Notes under the pieces: generated by a model
What the model was told of the DNA's origin: nothing
Database searches by the model: none
What the model saw: the letters and a program-made list of their open reading frames with translations, nothing else
Shown: in pieces, positions 46,166 through 56,019 of the stretch
How positions within the stretch are numbered: the first letter of the stretch is position 1
Layout: each line of letters starts with the position of its first letter
Translations under genes and position numbers: made by a program
Source of the DNA: an uncultured Planctomycetota bacterium
GTDB lineage: Bacteria; Planctomycetota; Planctomycetia; Gemmatales; Gemmataceae
Assembly (NCBI GenBank): GCA_963849325.1
Contig: CAWKHF010000002.1
Coordinates: forward strand, 608,001 to 672,000
Length of the DNA: 64,000 nt
Reading direction: 5' to 3'

Positions 46166-48014
46166 TCAGGATGGCCGTTCCGGGTGGGTCAACAGGTCGC
46201 GGTGGGAGAGTTTCTTGCGGGCGCGTCCCAGGGCGGCGACGGAGAAGATTATCGGATAGAGCTTCTCGAAATACCACAGTTTGGCGAAGTAAAACCCGAT
46301 GGGCGTGGGGTCGTACAGGCCGCCGGCCTCTACCCGCTGGACGAGCCAGGCCAGGCCGTTATTCACGGCCGCCTCCGCGTCGGGCCCGGCGTCGAGCAGC
46401 ACTTCGACGGCCAGGGCCGTTTCCTCGATGCTGGACGGCGTGTCCGCGGCCCCGCCCCAGCCGCCGTCGGCGTTCTGTGCGGCCAGCAGCCAGGCGACGC
46501 CGCGGCGGGCCGGCTCGTCCGTTCATCCTATCGAGGTCGCGGTAAGCGGCCAGCACGCGGGCGGTGCCGTAGGTGGGGTTCTCGTCGTCGGGGGCGTGCT
46601 GGTTGCCGAACCAGAGGGGCAGCCAGGAGCCGTCGGGGCGCTGAGTGTCGGCGAGATAATCCAACCCCCACTCCATCGCCACGACGTCGGCAGGCCGCTT
46701 CGCGATTAAGTGTCCAGAATGTTTGGTAGAGCTTGCCGTTGGTTCTTCTATGCCAGGCCATGACGGCCCGCAGAGCGTGAGCGGTCAGGTCGCTGCCGCT
46801 GCGGTCAAAAGGCAGATGCCCCCAGCCACGGCAGAAGGTGGGCCAACCGCCGTCGCCATTTTGCAGAGCCGAGCAACCAGTCCAGCCCTCTCTTGACCGC
46901 ACGGAAGTTTTCCTCTCCCCAACCCGTGTGTTGAAGGGCCAGCAGAGCACCCGGCGTGTCGTCCGCATCCGGCACGCCGCCCGGCAGGTCGGTCCAGGCC
47001 CAGCCGCCGGGGTCGGCCCCCGTGTAGGGATGCCGCTCCTTGTATTGCTGCCCCAGCAGCCAGTCGCGCACTTCGTCGCCTTTGTCCAGCGTGTCCAGGT
47101 CGCCGGCCGCCGCCAGGGCGTTGACCGACAGCGTCGTCACCCAGGTCGCCAGGTTGGTGTCGATCGGCCAGCTGCCGTCGGGCCGCACCGACTTCACCAG
47201 GAACTCGACGCCCTTGCTGACGACCGGATGGTCGGCCCGGCCGATGCTCGCCAGGCCCAGCGTGACGAAGCTGGTCAGCGGCGTCGCTTCGAGGAAGCCG
47301 CCGCTGGACGGCTGGATGTTCTGCAGCACGCGCAGGCTCTTGCCGATGGCCAGCCGGCGCACCAAGCGCAGCCAGCGGGATTCCGCGGCGGCCGATGGTG
47401 ATAGACCGCCTGCCCGATGGCGATGAGGGCCGGCAGGGCGTAGCTGACGACGGGCAGGCGCAGGAAGCGAAACCACGACTGCGGAAAGCACGCCAGCTCG
47501 AACGGCAGCGACGGCACCTCGCTCCAGGACACCAGGCCGGCCAGGGCGCTGGTCATCAGGATCGGCACCGAGAAGGTGCGGTCCTTGCCGTAGCGGGCGC
47601 GGACCGCCTCGGCCAACTCCTCCGGCGTCTGCGCCGTAGCGCGCGTGCAGCCAGTCGCTCGGCTGCGCCGCAAGGCTGGCGGTCGTAGGTCGCGGCCGTT
47701 CCGGCGAGGTGGAAGGCGGCGCGGCAGAGCATGGTCGTCGAGATGTTGCTGAAGCTCTTGACCGTGTCGCCCCAGCCGCCGTCGGCGTTCTGATGCGCCG
47801 CGAGCCAGGCGAGGCCGCCGGCGATGAGCGGATCGAACGATCCGTGCGCGGCGGTCGCTTTCTGGACCAGGGCGAGGGCGCTGACGGCGGTGGCGGTGGA
47901 GAGGGCGGAGGTGGACAGTTCGCCGACCCAGTGGCCTTCCGGAGTGCGTTCGGCGAGCAGGGCGGCGAGGGCGGTTTGGAAGGCCGAATCCAACTGTTCA
48001 ACCGGCGTTGTCAT
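46166..48014 (-). CDS. Squalene-hopene-cyclase-like class II terpene cyclase (frameshifted)
   Basis: [16 protein letters not shown] repeats [37 protein letters not shown] (DxDD); [15 protein letters not shown]. Confidence 0.88.
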
Positions 48015-48507
48015 CGTGCGATTTATCCTGCTGTTTCTCTTCCAGTGCGGCCCGAAGCAGGGGTAATACAGCCTTATCTTTGGGGCGCCCCGCCGCCTCT
48101 TTGGTGGCTATCAAGTGGGACAGAGACAGCAGCTTTACGGGGTACGAATCGACGAGGATCTCCTTGGTGTCATCGATTACTTGCTCATACCCACCGATCG
48201 CGCTCATGACGCCCAACAGGTCCAGGGACTCTGTGCCGATTACCAAGGTGAAATTGCTTCCCAGCTGCAAGGCGCGTTCATCGAAGGTAAAAGGAAGATC
48301 GGGTGGTAAACCTCGGAGACGCGGTTGGAGTGGAGCTAGAACTTGGGCCAGCCGAGCGATGTTTCCAGGTGTTCGGCGGTAGCAAATGTCCAGATCCAGC
48401 GTCGCGACTTGAGCTCCTTGCAAGATGGCACTAACTCCGCCAACTATCACGAACTCAACCTGCCCTTACGCCAGTCTAACGATCATGTCTTTCGCGAAAG
48501 GCCACAT
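47998..48507 (-). pseudogene. Nucleotidyltransferase (toxin-like) with an in-frame TAA at 48466-48468
   Basis: MWPFAKDMIVRLA*GQVEFVIVGGVSA..TLDLDI..LIATKEAAGRPKD. A downstream GTG at 48450 could give a truncated product. Confidence 0.65.
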
Positions 48508-48868
48508 CGTCGCGTGCCTCCCGAAGAAACTGCCTCCATCCCTCATGTCGCTCCAACAATTCGTCCGGCGTCATGGCGCGAGCCTGGGCTATCTGAGTGT
48601 AATCGACATCCCCTTGATGGCCGAGGTCGAAACCGTAAGGCTGGGTGACTCCCGGCGTAAAAGGGAGTTCGCGCGGATACCACAGGCAAGCGAGAACATC
48701 CTCCGGCGTCAAACCTTCGTATTCCGCACAAAGATCCGCCGCCGTCGCTCCGCGAGCACATCGCCCGCAGATGTATTCGACCGTGAGTCGCGTTCCTTTT
48801 ATCACCGGCTTCCCCGCCATGATCGCGGGATTGACGGTGATGCGTTCCAGTAGTTGTTTGTCCGCCAT
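48476..48868 (-). CDS. DUF433 antitoxin-like protein with C-terminal extension
   Basis: ERITVNPAIMAGKPVIKGTRLTV..EYEGLTPEDVLACLWY, then AMTPDELL. Confidence 0.8.
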   Translation of the reverse strand: MADKQLLERITVNPAIMAGKPVIKGTRLTVEYICGRCARGATAADLCAEYEGLTPEDVLACLWYPRELPFTPGVTQPYGFDLGHQGDVDYTQIAQARAMTPDELLERHEGWRQFLREARDDVAFRERHDR

Positions 48869-48878
48869 ATCGACTCCC

Positions 48879-49912
48879 TCAAATCTCCAGCTCATCCAGC
48901 GCATCCATCAGCTTGTCGAGGTCGTCCTTCGGCCCTTGCGGCTTGTCCGCCTGCCGCTTGGGGATGCCGACCGTCAGGCCGACCGCCTCGCCGGCCGTCG
49001 GCGACCAGTTCGCGGTCGCGCTCCTGCGCGGCCATCGCCAAGGCGTCGCCGCCGCCGAACAGCTTGCGTCAGGTCGATCTTCAAGCCGCTGATGTTGCCG
49101 ACCGGGGCGCCGGCGATGGCCGGCGTCTTGTAATCGGGGAACATGATGGCCTGTTCGGGACAGACCCGGCTGCACGCCGGGCAGCCGCGCTTGCAGTTGT
49201 CCTGGTTCTCGACGACAAGACGGTCCAGCTTGTCCACGCCGTAGACGCCGAACAGGCAGAAATCGAGGCACTCCATGCAATTCGTGCAGCGGCTGTAGTC
49301 GATCACCGGATACCAGCGGCGCCCCGGCTGTTGCAGCAGTTGCTCGGAGGAAAATTCCGTCTGGGGTTTGGCCGGTTCCTCGTCGCGGAGATAGCGGCCC
49401 AGCTGCACGAGCGTCGGGTTGCCCTGAATCCAGGTTTTCAGCTGCGTCTCGCGCCGCTCGCGGCACTCCGCGGCGATGCGGCGAACTTCCTCGACGTAGA
49501 CTCGTAGTCGCCGTGGTCGCGCAGGTCGAGAGCAGTAGATGTGGCGGTCGGGCACGTCGACGGCGCCGATGCCCTTGGGCGGCTCCGGTTCGCCGTCCTC
49601 CTCGTCCTCCTCGCCTCGGCCGGCGGCTTGATCTGGTTTTCGCCGTAGTGGCCCTTGATGCCGTCGCGGTCGAGCAGCCAGAAGGCGGCGCGCGGGAACA
49701 TCCAGCGCCAGGACGACCATGTCGCCCTGGACCGACTCCAGGAACAGCCGGCCGGTGTGCTCGGCGTCCAGGTCGTACAGGTAGGGCACGATCGACACGT
49801 CCAGGCCCGGCTCCATGATGAGGGCGGCGGCGATGCTCTCCTCCAGGGCCCGCTTGGCGGGGTTCTTGCCCTGGGCCTGCGACAGGACGACGGTCAGGCG
49901 TTGGCGGCTCAT
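48879..49912 (-). CDS. 4Fe-4S dicluster ferredoxin-domain protein (frameshifted)
   Basis: RWYPVIDYSRCTNCMECLDFCLFGVY; NCKRGCPACSRVCPEQAIMFP. Confidence 0.88.
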
Positions 49913-49921
49913 GGTGTCAAC

Positions 49922-50385
49922 TCAATCCTCGGTGTTGATCTTGCCCTTGATCAGACGCTGCGTCTTCTCCCAGTTGTCCGCCAGGAACTGATAGTATTCG
50001 TCCACGTCCCACAGACTCGTCGCCGGCGCAGTCCATCTCGAACAGCCAGCCGGCGCCGTAGCCGTCGACGTTGATGCCGGAGGGGTCTTGCAGCAACTCC
50101 GGGTTGAACGCGACGAGCGTGCCGGCCAGCGGGGCGAACAGGTCGGAGACGGCCTTGGACGTTTCGATGTGGCCGATCTGCTGCAGCAGCTTCGACGCGG
50201 TCGCCGGCGTTGACCTGCCAGTCGAGGAAGTACACGTCCTGCATCAGCCGGACGGCGTAGGACGTGAAGCCGAAGCGCAGCCGGCCGCCCTCACAGCGGC
50301 ACCACATGTGATTGCGCGCGTAGCGCAGCCCGCCCGGCAGCACGGCGGGGAACTTGCCCATCAGGAAGGTCAGGTCGTCGGGCAT
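49922..50385 (-). CDS. Glycine cleavage H-like (lipoyl/acyl carrier) protein (frameshifted)
   Basis: RYARNHMW, RFGFTSYA, IETSKAVSDLFAP (lipoyl Lys position retained), INVDGYGAGWLF. Confidence 0.85.
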
Positions 50386-50398
50386 GACTGCCACAAGT

Positions 50399-50471
50399 TC
50401 ACCGCGAGACGCGAGACGCAGGAATGACAAGAGTACATCATTCGTTCCCTGCGCCTCGCGTCTCGCGGTGA
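50399..50471. repeat. Intergenic inverted repeat
   Basis: tcaccgcgagacgcgagacgcagg / cctgcgcctcgcgtctcgcggtga. Confidence 0.8.
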
Positions 50472-50477
50472 TCTCTT

Positions 50478-51811
50478 TCAGGTGTAGCGCGTGCTGCGGT
50501 ACTGCGGCTCGAAGAACACCGGCAGCAGCCGATCCACCTGCAACAACCCCTCGCGCGTCAGCTCCACGCCGTCCGGCCGTGCGCGTCAGGAAGCCGCTCG
50601 CGCTTCCAGCTCGCTCGAAGCCGTCCGCGAAGCTCTCCAGGATATCCGCGCCGAACTTGTGGCGGAAGTAGGCCGGCTCCAGCCGGCCGGTTTTGAGCTG
50701 CAGGATCATCTCGCGGATCAGCCGCTGGCGCGGCGTCGACCGGCAGCGCCCGGCCCAGCGGCAGCTCGTCCCTGTCGCAGCATGCTCGACGTACTGCTCC
50801 CAGCGTATCGACGTTCTGGACGTGGACGCCGTGGACGTGGCCGAACGAGGCGACGCCGGTGCCGAACATGTCGGCCCCGTGCCACAGGCTGTCGCGGTAG
50901 ACGAAGCGGCAGCGCTGCCGGTCCTTGACCAGCGTGTAGGCGCTGGAGACCTCGTAGCCCGCCGGCGATCATCTGTCGAAGGCGTAGTTGACCCAGGCCC
51001 GCTTGGTCGGCCAGTCGGCGATCGGCCATGGCCGGCTCGTCCTGGCCGATCACCTGCAGTTCCTGCGAGAAGACGCGTGTTGAACGGCAATTCCATCTGG
51101 TAGATGGTGACGCTGTCGGGCGCCAGGGCGAGCGTCTTGCGCACGCACTGTCTTCCAGTTGTCCCACGTCTCGCCGACCATGCCGGCGATCAGGTCGATG
51201 TTGATCTGCTCGAAGCCGAGGTCGCGCGCCCAGCCGTAGGCGCGGTAGATCTCCTCTTCGAGATGGGCCCGGCCGTTGAATTCGAGGATCTTCGGGTCGA
51301 AGTTCTCGACGCCGAGGCTGAGCCGGGTCACGCCGAGCTCGCGCAGCGCTTCGAGCTTGTGCTGCTGCAGCGTGCCCGGCTCGCACTCGAAGGTCACTTC
51401 CTCGGCGCCGTCCCACGGCAGGACTGCCTGCAGCCGCTCCATCAGGCCGCGCAGCTGCGCCGGCGCTGAGGTACGACGGCGTGCCGCCGCCGAAGTAGAC
51501 GTAGTTGCAGCGGCCGGCCGCCGACGAGCGGGACGCGGCTGTACAGCTCGACTTCCTTGACCAGGGCGTCGAGGTAGGTTTCCACGTCGCGGGCGTTCTT
51601 GTCGGTGTAGACGCGGAAGTAGCAGAACTTGCAGCGCTTCCGGCAGAACGGGATGTGCAGGTACAGCCCCAGCGGCGTGCCGGGCTGCGGCGGCCGCGTC
51701 GAGGGCGGCGCGGGCGTCGGGCAGGTGGGCCGGCTTCCAGGCCGAGAACGGCGGATAGTTGGCGACGAAGTAGTTGCCCAATCCTGTAGACTCATCACAA
51801 GTCTTTGTCAT
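50478..51811 (-). CDS. HemN-like radical SAM enzyme; N-terminus supplied by the integrated element (frameshifted)
   Basis: [51 protein letters not shown]; ends [10 protein letters not shown]. Confidence 0.9.
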
Positions 51812-51841
51812 ATAAGCACTTCCGGCAACAGTGAAAAACGT

Positions 51842-51888
51842 TTGACACGGAATTGACACGGAATGGCACCTTGCCTACACTGTAGGCA
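51842..51888 (+). promoter_or_regulatory. Left arm-type repeats overlapping the integrase promoter
   Basis: TTGACACGGAA x2 (51842, 51853); TTGACA(51853)-17 nt-TACACT(51876); palindrome tgcctaca-c-tgtaggca (51872-51888). Confidence 0.75.
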
Positions 51889-51940
51889 GGTGGTTTTGGG
51901 GAACCGTAAGGTACAACAGCAAGCAGCGGAGAACCGAATC

Positions 51941-53016
51941 ATGGCACGCAAGAGCCGGGTCCGTGGTGGTGGGAGGCGAGACAACAATGGTTCGTCACGC
52001 ACAAGGGCAAGCAAGTCCCTCTTGGCAAGGATGAGGCGGAAGCTCGCCGTCAATGGCACTTCCTTGAAGCAAGTGCCCAAACGCATACGGCAGGTGACGG
52101 CAACCTCTTCGTTGCCCTTGCCGACAACTTCCTTGACTGGATCAAGCGGCACAAGAAACCGAAGACGTTCAGCGTCTATCGTATCCATTTGGAGGCGTTC
52201 GGCAAGGTGCATCCTACGGTCGCTGTCCACGAATTGAAACCTCATCATGTTGACGCTGTTGTCCAGCTTCATCCGACCTGGGGCAAGAGTACGATTCGTG
52301 GGTTCATGGTGGCTGTGAACACTTGCCTGAATTGGGCAGTTAAGCAAGGGTTCACGACACGGAACCCGCTCCATCGTCGTCTGACCATCCCCGCCATCGT
52401 CAGCCGTGGCGGTCAGAAGGATGTACCGATCCCGCCGGAGGACTACGCCGTGATGCTCGCCCATGCGAACCCGAACCTGAGAGACTTCATCATCGCTTGT
52501 CGCAATACTGGCACTCGCCCTGAGAACGTAGCAGCGGCGACAGCGAAGGACTACCACAAGGAAGCGGCTTGTTGGGTTCTCGGAACGCATAAGACGGATG
52601 AGGATGGTAGCAGTCTCGTCATCCACTTGAACCCGACGATGGTAGCTTTGACGGAGCGGTTGATTGCCAAGTACCCGGAGGGTCCGTTGTTCAGGAACAA
52701 CCAAGGGAACCCCTGGCGGGATGAGGTATGGGGCAAGGCAATGGCGGGGTTGAAAAAGACGCTGGCGGCGAAGGGTATCAAGTTGAAGAGCCGGGGAATC
52801 ATGTATGGTTTCAGGCACGGTGTAGCGACCGATCTACTTGAGGCGGGAGTACCAGAGGCGCACGTTGCCGCAATCCTGGGTCACAAGTCCACGGTGATGA
52901 TCCACAAGCATTACAGCCATTTGACCAGTCGTCACGCTGCTTTGAAAGTACATCTTGAACATATCCAACCGACAGCGGGCGAAGTCACAACCGGAGATGC
53001 TTCAACCCCGCAATGA
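51941..53016 (+). CDS. Tyrosine recombinase/integrase (one frameshift within the first 7 codons)
   Basis: MARKS..PWWWEARQQWFVTHKGKQVPLG arm-binding-like N-terminus; TGTRPEN (R), HKT (K), YGFRH, LGH, KHYSH (Y). Confidence 0.93.
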
Positions 53017-53275
53017 CGGTTGTTGTCTGCCGTGGTAATCGCACAGACCCTCGCATACCTGGCGAGGGTTTTTCATTGGTACATGACGGAGCGGACGGGA
53101 ACCGGCGACGTTCCTTGTACGCCGTCACGCTGGCGGCGTAAATCACTTTCTTCGCTCCGACCGTATGCCCGTCAAGTTCGCCAGCGTCAATCAGTTTGTA
53201 GACTCTGCGACGTGAACAGCCAAGTCGTTCAGCGGCTTGCAAAGTGGTCAGTAGTTCGTTCGTGGTGCCGTTCAT
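52985..53275 (-). CDS. Excisionase-type HTH (HTH_17) protein
   Basis: LLTTLQAAERLGCSRRRVYKLIDAGEL; convergent with the integrase and overlapping its 3' end. Confidence 0.85.
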   Translation of the reverse strand: MNGTTNELLTTLQAAERLGCSRRRVYKLIDAGELDGHTVGAKKVIYAASVTAYKERRRFPSAPSCTNEKPSPGMRGSVRLPRQTTTVIAGLKHLRL

Positions 53276-53406
53276 GGTCCGGCACTTCTACGCCGTTTTG
53301 TTGACTGTCTCAAGTGAGGGTCATCCACTTTGTTTGGCAAAGCTATGGTCGGTCTGATTAGATAATCCACGGCGGCGACAATACAAACCATGAACAAAGG
53401 AACAGC

Positions 53407-53769
53407 GTGATAACAGCCGAAAAAGTGATTTCTGCATTCAAGACAAAGTACCCTGTCGTGAGGTATCAAGACTTCTATTTGGCGGGGAAAAACTACCTGA
53501 ACATACGGAGCAAGTCCGAGGCGAGCTACCATCGGAAGACAAAGCGGTATGAGTTCGGTATGCCCAGACGGGATTATGACAGGTATCTCCGTATGGTCAA
53601 AGAAGGGCGACAGGTGTACTCTCTGATAATCGAGAGCAAGTCCGACACCTTGTACATTGCCAAGCTCTCAGACTTGGCGGCGTATGCTCGGATGTACGAT
53701 GGTGACAAAGTGGACAAGGGCGGGAGCGTATTCCTGCCAAGAGACAGGTACAGGAAAGTGGAAGTCTGA
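53407..53769 (+). CDS. Hypothetical basic protein (possible degenerate PD-(D/E)xK fold)
   Basis: 120 aa; AAAGGA RBS; QDFY....YLNIRSK..YHRKTKRYEFG. Confidence 0.65.
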   Translation: MITAEKVISAFKTKYPVVRYQDFYLAGKNYLNIRSKSEASYHRKTKRYEFGMPRRDYDRYLRMVKEGRQVYSLIIESKSDTLYIAKLSDLAAYARMYDGDKVDKGGSVFLPRDRYRKVEV

Positions 53770-53835
53770 AAAAGAAGATGCCCGGTTGTGTTCAGCAACC
53801 GGGCGGTGATTTGATTCACAGAAGCGGCGGCAACC

Positions 53836-54618
53836 ATGAACCACGAAACAGCAATCTATGGTAGTATCCCAAATCAGCTTTTTCAACAGCAACCGGAGTG
53901 CGGTCGCAAGTTTGGTTACCGGCAACCGCATGGATGGACTACGCTACTCGGCTATTGGCGGGAGTCATCCAAGCTATGCCAGTTGATCGACTTGAACAGC
54001 CAGTTGCGGAAGCGGGACTACACCTGGGCGGTATCTCTGAATATCGAGCATGTACTTGACGTGGCGGAAGTCAAGCGAGTCTGGAAACATATCTGCCGTG
54101 AATTGCGTCGGCGAGATGTAGTGGCTCTTTGGCTTCGTGAACCTTCACCTGAGAACCACGTCAACTACCATCTCCTAATCGCCAGCGATCAGATGAAACT
54201 TGAATTGGCGGATGCCATTGACGCTAGTATCCCCGAAGGTATCAAGCACCACAAGCAGATTGACGCCATTCACGATGAATGGAGCCATGCCAGATACATC
54301 GTCAAGGCGAAGGTCAAGGCATACGTTGACGGCAAGTTTCTTCTCGACAAGTACAAGGACAAGCGGCTGTTGTTCGTCAAGAAAAGCGGTCTGCAAAAGT
54401 ACGGCGTCATTGGTCCATTCTGGGTTCGTCCGGTAGGCGAGCTATGGCAGACCATCATCGCCAGAGAGAAGCGGATTGCTGACGGACTGGAATCGCCGGG
54501 GGTACGAGCGGAAGTGGAACACCTGTACGAGCTACTTGACGGCACGGTATCGAGACGACAGATAGAGCGGTCGCTGGGGTTCCACGGTGGCACCGTGGGG
54601 AAGGTCGCTACACTATAG
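53836..54618 (+). CDS. Putative HUH-superfamily rolling-circle Rep-like protein
   Basis: AVSLN (motif I-like), WLRE...HVNYHLLI (motif II-like), ARYIVK (YxxK motif III). Confidence 0.6.
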   Translation: MNHETAIYGSIPNQLFQQQPECGRKFGYRQPHGWTTLLGYWRESSKLCQLIDLNSQLRKRDYTWAVSLNIEHVLDVAEVKRVWKHICRELRRRDVVALWLREPSPENHVNYHLLIASDQMKLELADAIDASIPEGIKHHKQIDAIHDEWSHARYIVKAKVKAYVDGKFLLDKYKDKRLLFVKKSGLQKYGVIGPFWVRPVGELWQTIIAREKRIADGLESPGVRAEVEHLYELLDGTVSRRQIERSLGFHGGTVGKVATL

Positions 54619-54714
54619 GTGGTATGCAAAATTGGAACACAACCGAAGAGGTTGAGCAACCAGGAACAAGCGGGACAGCGGGAACCTCGCTACACCATAG
54701 GTAGTATGCCAAGA

Positions 54715-54972
54715 CAGCGGTGACAGGTACATCAAGATCAGCGGTGACAAGTACCACTTCATCAAGATCAGCGGTGACAGGTACATCAAGATCAGCGGTG
54801 ACAAGTACCACTTCATCAAGATCAGCGGTGACAGGTACATCAAGATCAGCGGTGACAGGTACATCAAGATCAGCGGTGACAGGTACATCAAGATCAGCGG
54901 TGACAGGTACATCAAGATCAGCGGTGACAGGTACATCAAGATCAGCGGTGACAGGTACATCAAGATCAGCGG
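54715..54972. repeat. Tandem array of ten units: 8 x 24 bp and 2 x 30 bp variant
   Basis: A=CAGCGGTGACAGGTACATCAAGAT, B=CAGCGGTGACAAGTACCACTTCATCAAGAT; order ABABAAAAAA. Confidence 0.97.
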
Positions 54973-55192
54973 CTTCTTTGGGTTGTTTCGTTTCGTGGAC
55001 CGTGCCAGCCCGCTGTGTACGTTTTCGACAAATTGGAAGTGATTTCAGGCAAAGTACCCTGTATCTGACGTTATTAACGCCATAGGTCCGTGGTATCTCC
55101 CCATCATCTCCGATACTCCCTTGTCCCGATGATGCCATTCTGAACGCCTAGAATCGCTTCTGAGGCGGGTTGCGGTCCCCAAAGAGGGGATA

Positions 55193-55691
55193 GGGCTGTC
55201 TATCGAGCCGGAAAGCGACAGCGGAGCGACGGGGAGGGCGGCGAGTAGTACCTGGGTGACGGGGGGATAAGGGGAGCGAAAACATTGTCGCGCCGTTTCG
55301 CCTGACCGGCTTCAACTCCGTGTGCGCTATTAAGCAGCATTTTAATTGTTTCGGGGCGGAGAGATGTACCTGGCGGTCATGGTCCTGCCGGTCTCGGTCA
55401 AGGTGGTCGTGGTCGTGGTCAAGGCGGCGAGATGTACCTGGCGGTCATGGTCGGTCAGTGTTCGGGGGTCGATCCCGTTACGGGATTTCCCGCAACGGGC
55501 TGTATGGGTTCGTGGCGAGAATGCCCCCTCTGACGCCTCCCTGTCGCTTCCACGGTGACGGCGAGAACCGATCCGAGTATCGGGCTGTCTATCGAACCGG
55601 AAGCGGCGTAGGGGCGACGGGGAGGGCGGCGAGATGTACCTGGGAAACGGCGGCGAGCATCCGGTTGAAGGCGGCGGCGAGTAGTACCTGG
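55193..55691. repeat. Dispersed motif GGCGG(C/A)GAG(AT/TA)GTACCTGG x5 and a ~63-bp imperfect direct repeat
   Basis: Motif at 55237, 55355, 55423, 55625 and 55673; long repeat 55193-55256 vs 55582-55644. Confidence 0.85.
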
Positions 55692-55700
55692 CTATCGTGG

Positions 55701-55880
55701 TCGAGATCGTGGTCATGGTCGAGATGTCGAGATCGTGGTCATGGTCGAGATGTCGAGATCGTGGTCATGGTCGAGATGTCGAGATCGTGGTCATGGTCGA
55801 GATGTCGAGATCGTGGTCATGGTCGAGATGTCGAGATCGTGGTCATGGTCGAGATGTCGAGATCGTGGTCGAGATCGTGG
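55701..55880. repeat. Tandem array of 6 x 26 bp plus partial copies
   Basis: TCGAGATCGTGGTCATGGTCGAGATG, six perfect copies at 55701-55856. Confidence 0.97.
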
Positions 55881-55921
55881 AACCACAGCGGTTAGTTAGT
55901 GGAAAAGAAGTTGCCCGAACC

Positions 55922-55973
55922 TTGACACGGAATTGACACAGAACCCCCCGAAATGACACGGAATTGCACGGAA
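55922..55973 (+). repeat. Right arm-type integrase-binding repeats
   Basis: TTGACACGGAA, TTGACACAGAA, ATGACACGGAA, TTGCACGGAA; same orientation as the left arm. Confidence 0.8.
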
Positions 55974-56019
55974 AACGGGGCGAGACAGGCGAACAGTACC
56001 ATCCACAAAGACTGTATCT

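Noticed and set aside
46166-48014. Assigning shc / hopanoid biosynthesis
   Set aside because: The DADD variant, divergent sequence and absence of hpn genes leave the substrate unknown.
50478-51811. Assigning hemN or hemW
   Set aside because: The family is functionally diverse and the context is terpenoid rather than heme; no symbol is justified.
54608-55138. 176-aa ORF with ADLDVPVT repeats, and other ORFs over the arrays
   Set aside because: Several frames are open simply because the units are 24 or 30 bp, and the flanks are not protein-like. Coding cannot be fully excluded.
54715-55880. CRISPR array
   Set aside because: Units are head-to-tail with no unique spacers, and no cas genes are present.
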